Below, piece by piece: positions 28,229 through 38,507 of a DNA stretch of 64,000 bases. The stretch spans positions 91,703-155,702 of IMG/VR virus record IMGVR_UViG_3300021505_000001; one strand, written 5' to 3'. Position 1 is the stretch's first letter. Each line of letters opens with the position of its first letter. The notes beneath the pieces are model-generated. The model had not been told where the DNA came from and did not search any database. It saw only the letters and a program-made list of their open reading frames with translations. The stretch comes from a virus. The position numbers and the translations under genes are program-made.

Positions 28229-29995
28229 TCAAAGAAATAAATATTTTAGATTACCAGCGTCATAGATTCTTCTATATCCATGTATGTATAAATTTTCTGA
28301 AGTACTTAGATTGGAATTAAAATTTGGTAGGAGTTTTTTTAATTTATATCGTTGGAAACTAATTCTATGCTTTAAAGAATAAATATCATCCTGATGAAAA
28401 ACCCAAAAATTTGGTTTGGTTATCGATAAAAGCTTGAAATTATTTATTTCATAAACACTACCATTACTCCATCTACGATTAGCAAAACTTATAATTTTAC
28501 AGTTTCCATTGTGTTTTAAAAGCTTTGAAAACCCACCAACAACAGATATATATTTTAAATTACAATAGCGTAACAATTCAATTGTATCTTGATTTCCAAA
28601 ACGAGATTTGCCAAAAGACATACAGGCAACTAACATATTTTTAAATAATAATCCTATATGTAAATTTCCACCAACAATACCTCCTTGTAAATGATTATCA
28701 TAATAAAAATTATTTGCTTCTTTTTGAGATAGTTTAATTATATTACAATTTCTTGCATAAATCTTCTTTTTAAAAAGACCAAACTTAGAAGATATAACAG
28801 ACTCCCAAATTTTTTGTTTGTTAGGATTATTCCATTCATTTTCAAAAATCTGAAGTAGTAAGATACCTTTTTGAGAAGCTTTATTAGCCTTTTCCCATAG
28901 TCTACTTTTTAGTTTACCTTCCATATAAGCATTATTTGGGTGGTAACCAAATGAATGCCATATCATACTATGGAATTCTATTCCTATTTTCTTTTCAGGA
29001 ACATAAACATCTATTTCAAATGGTGGGATAACATTTCTTACATTTAATTCTATTTTATCTATTCCAATTGATTCTAAAAAGTCTTTAATTTCCACCTCAA
29101 ATCGGGAGTGTCCTCTATATGGTTTATAAGGAATACCAATACGATTTAAATGACATCTGATATTAGTTAAATTATTTATCCCAAAAAAAGACATCATTTC
29201 CCGATAGCGAATAGTTCCATCAGAATTAATAAAATTCTCTTTAATAAAAGAACTATTATTCCATAAATCAAGATTTTTTATATGCCTTTGTGATGGATTA
29301 GATACACCATAACGTTGCATACAAGTATTTTCTCTTTTTTCAACTATAGCTTTAAGCTGGCTAACATTATCGACACCATACCTCTTTTTTACTGTCTCTT
29401 TAATCTTTCTTTTAACTTTATCTGATTGAGATGGATGGCAACCATAATTCTCTACAAATTTTCTTTTTATCTTTCTTTTTATTATTTCAGATTGGAAAGT
29501 AAATTCTGTACCATATCTTTCTTTATTTGTTTTCTTTCGTTTTTCAGTAGCTTTTTTACTATGAGCTTTTAATGAATTGTTTTTTTGAAAATTAGAATTA
29601 TGAAAATTTGAGGCATAACCATACCTTTTTATAAAAGTAGCTTTTGTAGCCTCTTTTAAATGAATTTTACGAGCTTCTAAACTTCCATATTTTTTAATCC
29701 AAGTTTCTTCAGTTTTTTTCTTTTTCCTTTCATCACTATTAGCACACTTAATACTACAGTAAGGAGCATAACCTTTATTAAAAGATATAAAACGAGATTT
29801 TTTTAATTTACAATGTTTGCATATAGAAGTACCGTATAGGATAACATATAATCTTTCACTAAGAGAACTATCCTCTGAAAGGAAATTTGTAGCTCTTATA
29901 ATTTTCTCTAACAAATCTTTCTTAGTACGAAAAATTAAACCAAAACTTTTTGGTGATTTATCTTTAATAAGTTTACTTATTTCCTGTTTTAACAT
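28229..29995 (-). CDS. Hef-like free-standing homing endonuclease 2
   Basis: CKHC...YCSIKC; KKYG/ERYG repeats; PPFEIDVYVPEKKIGIEFHSMIWH; ELLRYC; FANRRWSNG. Paralogue of 16602. Confidence 0.75.
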   Translation of the reverse strand: MLKQEISKLIKDKSPKSFGLIFRTKKDLLEKIIRATNFLSEDSSLSERLYVILYGTSICKHCKLKKSRFISFNKGYAPYCSIKCANSDERKKKKTEETWIKKYGSLEARKIHLKEATKATFIKRYGYASNFHNSNFQKNNSLKAHSKKATEKRKKTNKERYGTEFTFQSEIIKRKIKRKFVENYGCHPSQSDKVKRKIKETVKKRYGVDNVSQLKAIVEKRENTCMQRYGVSNPSQRHIKNLDLWNNSSFIKENFINSDGTIRYREMMSFFGINNLTNIRCHLNRIGIPYKPYRGHSRFEVEIKDFLESIGIDKIELNVRNVIPPFEIDVYVPEKKIGIEFHSMIWHSFGYHPNNAYMEGKLKSRLWEKANKASQKGILLLQIFENEWNNPNKQKIWESVISSKFGLFKKKIYARNCNIIKLSQKEANNFYYDNHLQGGIVGGNLHIGLLFKNMLVACMSFGKSRFGNQDTIELLRYCNLKYISVVGGFSKLLKHNGNCKIISFANRRWSNGSVYEINNFKLLSITKPNFWVFHQDDIYSLKHRISFQRYKLKKLLPNFNSNLSTSENLYIHGYRRIYDAGNLKYLFL

Positions 29996-30024
29996 CGAAA
30001 ATACTCCTGGATAAGGTTTGTTGT

Positions 30025-30053
30025 AATGTAACCTTTAGAACAAAAAAAAGCAA
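30025..30053 (-). promoter_or_regulatory. Putative sigma70 promoter of homing endonuclease 2, overlapping the capsid terminator
   Basis: TTGCTT-17 nt-TACATT on the minus strand. Confidence 0.5.
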
Positions 30054-30082
30054 GGAGTATTTATTAGATACCCCTTGCTTTT
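30042..30082 (-). terminator. Intrinsic terminator after the major capsid gene
   Basis: Minus strand reads AAAAGCAAGGGGTAT-loop-ATACTCCTTGCTTTTTTTT. Confidence 0.85.
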
Positions 30083-30104
30083 AAAGTTTATAGGAGAATT
30101 AATC

Positions 30105-31178
30105 CTATGAAATAGTTACAACTCCATAAAGGTCTGTCATTGGATAAGCTTTTGCGTAGAATGAACCTACACTTCTAATCCAAGTCCAGTTTTCTATATT
30201 ATAGAAGCTGTCCATAATTACAAGTGGAATATATGGGGCATAAATAGCTCCACATTCAAGTTCACTACTTCCCTTATAACCAACAAGAATGCTGTTAATA
30301 TTAAGATTCGGAACCACGTAAATATCAAATTCATCGTTAAGAGTTCCTTGCAGGAAGAGCCTCTTAATACTTTGTGGATTTCCAGGACTTCCAACACCAA
30401 TATAGTCCCCACTTCTCTTCATATAAGCAGCAACACGTGGATTACAAACTGTAAAGTTTGGATAACGTCTTGTTTTGTTATAAATTTCAGATGCTACATC
30501 AACAATACTATAGAAAAGTTCTTTTTCTTTTCTATCTTTAGTTTGTGGAGAATCAGCAGGAATAGGAGCTGACCAACTTGCAGTTGCCCCTGTAGCATTA
30601 TTGAATAAGTCATACAAAATTTCAAAATTGATTTCTTCAACAATTTTAGAAGCTAATGCTTTGGTAATTTCCTGTTCAAGGTTCATCCCAAGTTTTGAAG
30701 TAGCATCAGCAGCTTCAAATGTCCAACGACCTGCTAATTTTCTCTGACGTGCCCTTGCCCCTTCTTCACGGACAACAAAATCAATAGCTTTTGTAACATC
30801 TTGACCTTCACCAGGGTCATTTGAATAGTTAACAGTTACGTTATCAATTGCTGAATCCCCAGCGGAAATACCCTCAGCAGCAAAATCTGTTGAATAAACA
30901 TAGTCAATATACTGAACCAAAGCAACCCTATCAGGTATTGGTTGTACACCAACCAGTTTATTAACCAGACTATCACGTGCTAATTTCTTAATAGCAGGAA
31001 GAAACACAGTAGCAATTCTATCAATATTTGCTGTTGTAGTTTGTTCTGCTATTCTGGTAAGTTCCTTAGTTTCATTATCCAAAAGAGAATGATACATATC
31101 TATCATTTCCTCTGGAATACCAGCAATATCATTTTTTGCTTCTGTAATGTATTGAAGGATTTTTTCTTCTTTATCCAT
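30105..31178 (-). CDS. Major capsid protein, compact T4 gp23-like (start revised to ATG 31178)
   Basis: LVGVQP, ARQRKLAGRWTFEAA, LEQEITKALASKIVEEINFEIL, VGYKGSSELECGAIYAPYIPL. Likely propeptide cleavage after IAE. AAGGAGG SD. Confidence 0.9.
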   Translation of the reverse strand: MDKEEKILQYITEAKNDIAGIPEEMIDMYHSLLDNETKELTRIAEQTTTANIDRIATVFLPAIKKLARDSLVNKLVGVQPIPDRVALVQYIDYVYSTDFAAEGISAGDSAIDNVTVNYSNDPGEGQDVTKAIDFVVREEGARARQRKLAGRWTFEAADATSKLGMNLEQEITKALASKIVEEINFEILYDLFNNATGATASWSAPIPADSPQTKDRKEKELFYSIVDVASEIYNKTRRYPNFTVCNPRVAAYMKRSGDYIGVGSPGNPQSIKRLFLQGTLNDEFDIYVVPNLNINSILVGYKGSSELECGAIYAPYIPLVIMDSFYNIENWTWIRSVGSFYAKAYPMTDLYGVVTIS

Positions 31179-31197
31179 TATTAATTTCCCTCCTTTA

Positions 31198-33822
31198 TTA
31201 TACACTCTTCATAAGTTTTGAGAAAAGTGGATTTATTGAATCTTTATGATTATTTTTTTCGCCCTTTACCCGTGCTTTACCCCCTGTTGGAATAAAATCA
31301 AAACCATTCTCATGTTTACGTGAACGAGATTCATGGAATTTTTGCCCAAGTTTAAGTAACTTATCAGCTACTTTTTCCAATTCATCCATATCAGAAACAT
31401 CTTCAAATTCTGCTTTAATTGTTTCAATATCAAGACCCACAGAATCAGCAAGTTCCCTTATTTTAGATTCCTTCACTCTTTCAAGTTCCATTGCCTGAAC
31501 TTCCATAAAGGTTTCTTGATAATCTTTCATAAGTTTTTCTGTAGCTTTTATAAGTTCTTCCTCAGAATTAATAGTGATCCCCTCAAAATTGTTTTCCATC
31601 ATTGTTTTTAATTGTTCAAACAACATATCCTCATTTCCTCCTGTTTTTTCGGAAAATTTTTGGTTTTTATTTTCTTCTGGATTTAAAGGTTCCTCTGGTT
31701 TTTTATTTTCTCCTTTTTCTTCCTCTTCTTCCTTTGGCATATCAGATAAGGAAACCATTACAATAGCAAAAACATCTTTAATTTTCTCATCAATAACCTC
31801 ACGTGTAAGTACTTCCTGTGTTGGAAGTTCTCTTCCAAGATAAGCAGATAAAAGAGCTTGAGTCATAGACAAAATGGTAAGAAAATCATCATTTTTTGCA
31901 AACTCAACTAATTTATCAATAAAATTAGTTTGAAATGACGCTACATCCTCTATATTGAAAGCTTCACCAAATGTTGACGGAGTACCATCTTCATTAAATG
32001 CAACCTTATCAACAAGAACAGCTAAATTAACTTCAGGAAGATTATCAGTATCCGCTTTAACATTATTAGTAGATTGTTCTTTTACTTCTCCATTTGCACT
32101 ATGAATAAGAGTATTTATGATTGCATTAACAATATTTTTGTAAGCTATATTTTTATCAACAACAATTTTACTTTCAGAAGATTCATCTTCAATTTCAATG
32201 AATCCCTTTGTAACTGCACTTTCAATAACTGGTGTAGCAAAGTCATCCATATCATCGATTTCAAATCTATCTAAGATATTTACACGTTCAGCTACATTTC
32301 TAAGAGACTTTGGAATTTCACCAAGTCCTTCTTTTTCAATTTCCTGATACTTTGAAAGAAGGAATTTCATAAGAGCTTTCTTCTCTTTCTTTGTAAGTGC
32401 CATTCCAGCTCTTCCTTGCATAAAAACCAAAGCTGTTTTGAGACCATTCTTATTAAGAACAGCATCAATGTCATATCCTTCCTCTTTAGACTTAAATAAT
32501 TGATAAACAGGATATTTAAGATTGTCCTCATCAGTGGGGTCTCCATCTACAAGCCCAAACAATTGTTTGGCAAGTTTTTCATCTCCAACTAAAGACACAA
32601 TTTGTTTAAGTTTATCTTTATTAACATTACCCCATTCAGTATCAGATACCCTTTCTGATATTGGTACTACTCTTATTTTTGGGGGATTATCTGAAGAAAA
32701 AGATTTACCAGCAAAGTAAACTACTTTTCCCTTAGAAGCTTTTTCAAGGAACTTTGTATAAGATTCCTTTACTTCTTCCAATTTTTCTTTAGTTTCATTA
32801 TACTGAGCTGTTAATTCTTCAAACTCTTTTTTCTTTTTTTCAAGAGTTTCTTCTAATTCACTTTGTTTTTCCTTAAGGGAATTTTCGAGTTTGCTGAGAC
32901 CAGTAACAATTGATTCTTTCTTTTGAAGTTTTTGATTCAGATCTTCAAGACTTGCTGTAATTGAATCCAATTCTTCCTTAGAAGATTGAATATCATGCTC
33001 AATTTTTTCTTTCTCAAAAGCAAGCTGTTTGACCTGAAGCTCAACTTCTTTTGGCTCCAGTTTGTAACTCATATTAGTTTTCCTCCTGTTTTCGAATAAT
33101 CGTTGTTTATTTTCAGATGAATGAAATAAGTCCATTATTTCTTCGGTATTCATACCTGTTTCTTTTGATACATCTAAAGCAAAACTTTCTAAAACTCTAC
33201 TAAATTGATTATCACTTGTATTGTTTTCCATATCATAAAGCGGATGATATGTTTCATCTAAATCAATAAAATCTGGTTTGATACCATTTGTAGTTTTTTC
33301 AACTATTTTTCCATGGTTAACATGAGTAGTAACAAAAGATGGATAGACTACAAAATCAATACCCTCAAGTTTTAAATCATAACGTCTGTTTATATTTAAT
33401 ATTTTTCCACTTTGAGTTTTATAGGTATCAGGTGTACTCTTTGCATCTCCTCTTATTGATACTCCAACAAAATAACCATTATCTATTAACCATGATATTA
33501 ATCTTCCATATATCGTAGGTAAAAGTGTAAAATCAGCTTTTACAACTTTTTCTCTGTCATCGTAGTAAATATCATCTACTACCCCAGCTAATAAACCTAT
33601 CCACTCTTCATCTTCATTTTTTGGATGTTTCGCAAATGAATACTTATATGTTGGGTCTAACTCTACAAGTCTTTTGTAGAAGTCAATCCCTTTTAATACC
33701 TCATCTTTTGGAAAAATATTTGTATTGCGCCCAGGCCTGTCAGTATATACAACAGGGACACCTTCTATTTTTTTAGGCTTAAACGAATCTACAAATATAT
33801 TATTTTCCAATTTTGTATCCAT
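31198..33822 (-). CDS. Prohead protease (T4 gp21-like) fused to coiled-coil scaffold
   Basis: RNTNIFP, KHP, VGVSIRG, IDFVVYPS in the N-terminal ~170 aa, then a long K/E coiled coil. Directly upstream of the capsid gene. Confidence 0.85.
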   Translation of the reverse strand: MDTKLENNIFVDSFKPKKIEGVPVVYTDRPGRNTNIFPKDEVLKGIDFYKRLVELDPTYKYSFAKHPKNEDEEWIGLLAGVVDDIYYDDREKVVKADFTLLPTIYGRLISWLIDNGYFVGVSIRGDAKSTPDTYKTQSGKILNINRRYDLKLEGIDFVVYPSFVTTHVNHGKIVEKTTNGIKPDFIDLDETYHPLYDMENNTSDNQFSRVLESFALDVSKETGMNTEEIMDLFHSSENKQRLFENRRKTNMSYKLEPKEVELQVKQLAFEKEKIEHDIQSSKEELDSITASLEDLNQKLQKKESIVTGLSKLENSLKEKQSELEETLEKKKKEFEELTAQYNETKEKLEEVKESYTKFLEKASKGKVVYFAGKSFSSDNPPKIRVVPISERVSDTEWGNVNKDKLKQIVSLVGDEKLAKQLFGLVDGDPTDEDNLKYPVYQLFKSKEEGYDIDAVLNKNGLKTALVFMQGRAGMALTKKEKKALMKFLLSKYQEIEKEGLGEIPKSLRNVAERVNILDRFEIDDMDDFATPVIESAVTKGFIEIEDESSESKIVVDKNIAYKNIVNAIINTLIHSANGEVKEQSTNNVKADTDNLPEVNLAVLVDKVAFNEDGTPSTFGEAFNIEDVASFQTNFIDKLVEFAKNDDFLTILSMTQALLSAYLGRELPTQEVLTREVIDEKIKDVFAIVMVSLSDMPKEEEEEKGENKKPEEPLNPEENKNQKFSEKTGGNEDMLFEQLKTMMENNFEGITINSEEELIKATEKLMKDYQETFMEVQAMELERVKESKIRELADSVGLDIETIKAEFEDVSDMDELEKVADKLLKLGQKFHESRSRKHENGFDFIPTGGKARVKGEKNNHKDSINPLFSKLMKSV

Positions 33823-34009
33823 TTTTTTAATTAATTTTTTAGTTTATTTTAGTTACCGTTTCTTAATGTTTTATATTGCGAAATTTTTAACTGATTTAAG
33901 TAATTGAATTAACTAAAAAAGAAGTATAAGGTAGGTAAATTGTAGATTAGGATATTTTAAGATGGGTTTTTATGGTAGGATTTTTATAAAGAAAACAATA
34001 ACTTAAACT

Positions 34010-34041
34010 AAAAAAAGCCCCTGTTAAATAAGGGGCTTTTT
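34010..34041 (-). terminator. Intrinsic terminator
   Basis: aaaaagcccct-gttaaata-aggggcttttt. Confidence 0.85.
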
Positions 34042-34149
34042 GAAGATACTAACAGTACCTTTTTATTTATTTTCAGTGTCTTGGACGTCTTGATGAAGAT
34101 TTCCTTACTTGAGATTTTTTCATGCATTTTCCCCCAATAATAAATATTT

Positions 34150-34656
34150 TTATTTATTAATAGTAATAGTGTAACTAATGTTAAATGAAACATTTCCTGG
34201 AACAATTCTTACACCTTTACCACTACTTGGAGCTGTTGTAGCAAATACAGAATTAGATAATGAATCAGAAGTTGTTATAATAACTTCTTTTTCAGCACCG
34301 GAATCATTCGCAACATAAATTAATTCTATCTTTGATAAATAAGCATCAGCAGCAAGATTAACTGTTGATACTGTATTTGCATTAATAGTATAACTTGTTT
34401 GAGTTTCAAACCAGTCCAATTTAGATACAACTGTTTCCGATACAATATTATTATCAATATCATAAACTTTAGCTTTTATGCCTGTAATAACTCCACCTTG
34501 ATCAGCACCTGTTACAGTTCCATTCATCATATCAAAGAATAAAAGGGCATAAAATTCTTGAGTAACATCTGCATTTTTAAAAGTATTAACTTCAATGTCA
34601 AACTCACCTTGAGTTACACGAATAAATGAAGAAATATCCAAATTTTTAAGTTGCAT
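34150..34656 (-). CDS. Putative virion structural protein
   Basis: 168 aa, beta-rich, AAGGAGG SD, TAAAACATT at 34689-34697. Confidence 0.65.
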   Translation of the reverse strand: MQLKNLDISSFIRVTQGEFDIEVNTFKNADVTQEFYALLFFDMMNGTVTGADQGGVITGIKAKVYDIDNNIVSETVVSKLDWFETQTSYTINANTVSTVNLAADAYLSKIELIYVANDSGAEKEVIITTSDSLSNSVFATTAPSSGKGVRIVPGNVSFNISYTITINK

Positions 34657-34694
34657 TTAAGTTTCCTCCTTAAATCTTGTTTTCCATTAATGTT

Positions 34695-35093
34695 TTAAAC
34701 AAAAAGTAATTTCAATTTAAAGTTTCTAAAAATGTTTTCTCCTGTAAGCTTATAATATTCCAAAAAATCATCACAATATATTTTTATTTTAAATGGTATA
34801 ATTTGGGTGGTTCCTATAGCACTAATTGTTTCATTTTTTTCGATAAATTTAAACCAAGAATCCCCATTCCATGATAAGCGAACTCGAATTGTAGTCATCT
34901 GTCCTGAAACTTCTATTTTACACCACTCAATTTCTATATCATTTACAATAATATAAAGATCCTGTATATAAGTGATTGTTTTTTGGGAATCTTTTAACCT
35001 AAAAGTTTTCGCTATTGGATTTATAAAATCCCCTGTAGATACTAAATCATAATCAGGTTCATTGTTCATTCCTATATAGACACCAGAAAGCAT
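34695..35093 (-). CDS. Putative structural protein (paralogue of 35130-35522)
   Basis: 132 aa, beta-rich; GVYIGMNNEPDY ... DLYIIVND. Confidence 0.65.
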   Translation of the reverse strand: MLSGVYIGMNNEPDYDLVSTGDFINPIAKTFRLKDSQKTITYIQDLYIIVNDIEIEWCKIEVSGQMTTIRVRLSWNGDSWFKFIEKNETISAIGTTQIIPFKIKIYCDDFLEYYKLTGENIFRNFKLKLLFV

Positions 35094-35129
35094 TTGTTTC
35101 CTCTTTATTAAAGGTTGTTTGTTAAACTT

Positions 35130-35522
35130 CTAACTATCATAAACATTTATAGCCACAGAAGCATGATGTTTTTTTATTATGTATATGTTATTCAAAACAT
35201 TCCATTTATATTTAAACATTAAATGCTGTGTATTATTTGTAGCATCTATATTCGTATAAATTATCTGTTTCCCCCAATGAGTTGGATTTCCAATTAAATC
35301 AGTTGGAGATATATATAAAGAAACCCCTGTTACAGTTTCATTTTCAACAAGTAGTGTTAATGAAGGGTATAAATCTTCGGTAACAACTAAATATAAAGTT
35401 CCTTCCAAAGATGTAGTTCCATCCCCAACAGTTCCATCTACAGTTACCGAATCATGCACAAAATTATTCCAATCCACTTTATTATAAGGTTCAAAATTAT
35501 TTGTAGCTATAAATACAGCCAT
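35130..35522 (-). CDS. Putative structural protein (paralogue of 34695-35093)
   Basis: 130 aa; AVFIATNNFEPY ... TLYLVVTE. Confidence 0.65.
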   Translation of the reverse strand: MAVFIATNNFEPYNKVDWNNFVHDSVTVDGTVGDGTTSLEGTLYLVVTEDLYPSLTLLVENETVTGVSLYISPTDLIGNPTHWGKQIIYTNIDATNNTQHLMFKYKWNVLNNIYIIKKHHASVAINVYDS

Positions 35523-35538
35523 TAAAATTCACCTCTAT

Positions 35539-37206
35539 TTAAAAAGATTCTACATAGCTCAATGAATAATTACCTCTTCTCTTAAGTCCATCATATTCTA
35601 TAGAAAAAGAAGCTATGTTTGGATCAAGTGTCATTTGAGTAAACCAAGAAGTAACTGTATCAACACTTTCAGTCTCATAAGTATAACTCTCACTAACATG
35701 ACGTAGTTTACCAGGCATAATTTGACTTATTTTAATTGCATCATTCCAATTAGTTGTTGGTATTTTTATTGTTTTATAAACCTTGGAAGTTGAAATTAAT
35801 AAAGAATTATTTTCTTCGTTTTCTTCATTAGGGGAATCTCCACTTTCAATTTTTACTTTATCTCCATCTATATAAACTTTAGCTTCTATAGGAGAACCAT
35901 CTCTTACAACTATTCTACGCTTTATAGGTTGAACACTTTTAATTGTATTTCCAATTGGGGTAGATTCTGTTTCTATATTGAAACTTTCCATACTTCCATC
36001 AGAATTTATCTTATTAGAATAATGAGTAATATTTGTTACAAGTCCTGAGTGAGCATATAAAGTATATGTTGTGGATTCCAATTCTCCACCAAATACACAT
36101 TTCATACTAGTAGTTACTTCCTGTAATTTTTTCCAATCTTCTTTATAATATTGTAGTTCAACATATTTATCATAATACTTTTTAGCTTCATTAACTGGTA
36201 AACAAACATATTCTATATCATTAAAAGATACATTATGTTGAACTGCACGCATCAATGTATCTATAGCAGCATCAAGAAGAGGAGCTATATAACGAATCTC
36301 TCTAACTTTCCTCCAAATATCATTTATATAATCTTCAATAAGAGTGCCTTTTATTTTTTCACGTATCCTTGTCATTCCAAATGTCTTTGATGATACTGCT
36401 GCTAAAGCAAAAAATGACTCGAAACTAAGATTCTTTAATATATAAACACAAAATAACGTCTTTATTATTTCGTTTATCTCACTAACATTTAAATCCATAA
36501 GATTATAAAGGCGATAACGTGGACGTACTATTGCTGGATCAAGCCAACCTGCATTAAATAATGGTAATTTAATAGTTGGTATATATTTCCATTTTTCAAC
36601 TGTTATTGGCAATGCCATTGGGTCCATCCATAGCCATGAATGAGCTTTTACTTCTATTGATGTTCTAGCACTAAAAGAAGATGTAGTTTTATCTGACCCT
36701 TCTCCATATGTAACCCTAAAAAATGGAACAGGTACATTCATTTTATTTTCATTTTCTGTTCTAAATAAGGTATTAAATTTGAACTTTTCTAATGCTGAAT
36801 TTAAATAGACAAGATAGGGATTATCTTCTTTAAGAAATGTATATTTTATAAATTCTTTGGGTAGTCCTTGTGAATATCTTGAACGTGGAACATCATCTTC
36901 GTAGTAAGTATGTATATCTGACACAGTTATTTTAATTGGAATAGTTGTTTCCCCTTGTCCAACATTTAATCCAATATCAAAAGGAATTGAAGCAACATCA
37001 ATAAATAATTCAAGTGCAGTTATAATATCTTCTGTGTTAACTCCATCAAGAATAGAAGGGGGTAAAGCACTTCCTCCTTCAGGAACTTTAATTAGAGGAG
37101 TTTTTACAATCTCTACTTTATATGATTTTCCATCATCTCCATTTAATCTTTTTGGAGACCAAACTCCTTCTTGACTTGAACTATTTGCAGATGGATTTAT
37201 AGACAT
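35539..37206 (-). CDS. Putative tail/baseplate protein
   Basis: 555-aa ORF heading a structural operon behind the late motif; no specific family recognised. Confidence 0.55.
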   Translation of the reverse strand: MSINPSANSSSQEGVWSPKRLNGDDGKSYKVEIVKTPLIKVPEGGSALPPSILDGVNTEDIITALELFIDVASIPFDIGLNVGQGETTIPIKITVSDIHTYYEDDVPRSRYSQGLPKEFIKYTFLKEDNPYLVYLNSALEKFKFNTLFRTENENKMNVPVPFFRVTYGEGSDKTTSSFSARTSIEVKAHSWLWMDPMALPITVEKWKYIPTIKLPLFNAGWLDPAIVRPRYRLYNLMDLNVSEINEIIKTLFCVYILKNLSFESFFALAAVSSKTFGMTRIREKIKGTLIEDYINDIWRKVREIRYIAPLLDAAIDTLMRAVQHNVSFNDIEYVCLPVNEAKKYYDKYVELQYYKEDWKKLQEVTTSMKCVFGGELESTTYTLYAHSGLVTNITHYSNKINSDGSMESFNIETESTPIGNTIKSVQPIKRRIVVRDGSPIEAKVYIDGDKVKIESGDSPNEENEENNSLLISTSKVYKTIKIPTTNWNDAIKISQIMPGKLRHVSESYTYETESVDTVTSWFTQMTLDPNIASFSIEYDGLKRRGNYSLSYVESF

Positions 37207-37228
37207 TTTTATGTTCCTTTATTGAAAC

Positions 37229-37270
37229 GTTTTTCAAATGTTTTCTTTATAGGTAAAACATTTGAAAAAC
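37229..37270. promoter_or_regulatory. Perfect 16-bp inverted repeat; back-to-back putative late promoters
   Basis: gtttttcaaatgtttt-10 nt-aaaacatttgaaaaac between divergent genes. Confidence 0.7.
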
Positions 37271-37309
37271 TTATGCTAACAAAACTATATAGTAGTTAAA
37301 GGAAATACT

Positions 37310-37966
37310 ATGGCGAGTGATGGAATTATAATAATTGGCTCTCAAACTATTGGCTTTACTGAAAGAAGAGTATATGTTTATTGGGATATACCTCCCGATC
37401 TCGTTACTAATAGATATACTTTTGTCGAAAATCCATATAGGCTTTTTATAAATACAAGATATGCTGGTTGTAATTATATCCAACATGTATATATAACCCG
37501 TTGGATGCATGTTGAATATGAACCTACTCCTATAACCGAAAGAAACATTTATCTTAACTATTCACTCTGTCAGGCATCTGAAAGGCACTTATATTTTTAC
37601 CCTGATTCAAGAGAGAGAATGGTATTTACTGAAGGATTGTTTACTCAAACTCCTCTCTTATTAAAATATCCAAAATATTTCAACTGGAACTACATACCAC
37701 AGATAATTTCACCTGAGTTTAATATATGGTCTTTTTATCCTCTCGATGAGGATAATATTACGTTGGTAATAACAACAGATCAAGGGACACATCTGAAATA
37801 TAATTCAGGGATACACCCAGAATCATTTAGAATTGAAAAAGTAACTAATGAACAATACAAAATCACAGTATTTGTAGACCATGAATTTGCATTTGGAGAA
37901 ACAGTCACTTGTTATCTTACAGTCTTTGATATAAAAGGAAATTATTTAAAAGATGGTATGTGGTAA
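37310..37966 (+). CDS. Putative structural protein with TER-type repeats
   Basis: FTERRVYV, ITERNIYL, ASERHLYF repeats and a beta-rich C-terminus. Confidence 0.65.
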   Translation: MASDGIIIIGSQTIGFTERRVYVYWDIPPDLVTNRYTFVENPYRLFINTRYAGCNYIQHVYITRWMHVEYEPTPITERNIYLNYSLCQASERHLYFYPDSRERMVFTEGLFTQTPLLLKYPKYFNWNYIPQIISPEFNIWSFYPLDEDNITLVITTDQGTHLKYNSGIHPESFRIEKVTNEQYKITVFVDHEFAFGETVTCYLTVFDIKGNYLKDGMW

Positions 37967-38284
37967 TTATTGGTTTTTGGTGGCTACTAATATTAATTTA
38001 TTACCTTCAATTGTGTAGTCACCAGAAATTGTCCATCTTTCTTCATTATCCATATCAACAGCAATAATTTTATAATTACCAACAAAATCATTTAGATATG
38101 ACTTAAATGATTGTGTTCTGTTATCACGAATATTATAATTTGCTGTTACTTTAAGTAAAAAATAATTTCGTGTTATTATATCAAACACTAAATCTTTTGG
38201 GTATTTAAGTTTATTTCCTATTTTGACTTCTATTAACCTTATACCCTTTTCCATTATTATTTCAAGTAGTTGTTTACTTTTCAT
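37967..38284 (-). CDS. Hypothetical protein
   Basis: 105-aa ORF with GGAGG SD. Confidence 0.65.
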   Translation of the reverse strand: MKSKQLLEIIMEKGIRLIEVKIGNKLKYPKDLVFDIITRNYFLLKVTANYNIRDNRTQSFKSYLNDFVGNYKIIAVDMDNEERWTISGDYTIEGNKLILVATKNQ

Positions 38285-38495
38285 TCAGACCTCCCATAAA
38301 TTTTTCTATCTCTGATTTAATATCTATTTCTTCAGAAATACCTATATCAGGCATCTTATAAAAACAATCCCTTGCTTTTGAAGCTTTCTCTAAAAATTCT
38401 GTCATCTTCTCAACAGCCCCAGAATAAGATATTTTAGTATCTTCTTTTTTAATTTTTCCCGATTCAAAATCAAAATCAAGATTAAGTATAGCCAT
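38274..38495 (-). CDS. Hypothetical protein
   Basis: 73-aa ORF with AAGGA SD. Confidence 0.6.
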   Translation of the reverse strand: MAILNLDFDFESGKIKKEDTKISYSGAVEKMTEFLEKASKARDCFYKMPDIGISEEIDIKSEIEKFMGGLNEK

Positions 38496-38507
38496 AAGTA
38501 TTCCTTT

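Noticed and set aside
34008-34205. 65-aa ORF between structural genes
   Set aside because: Overlaps the upstream gene and runs through a terminator. A shorter MHEK... version with a GGGGA SD is possible but unsupported.
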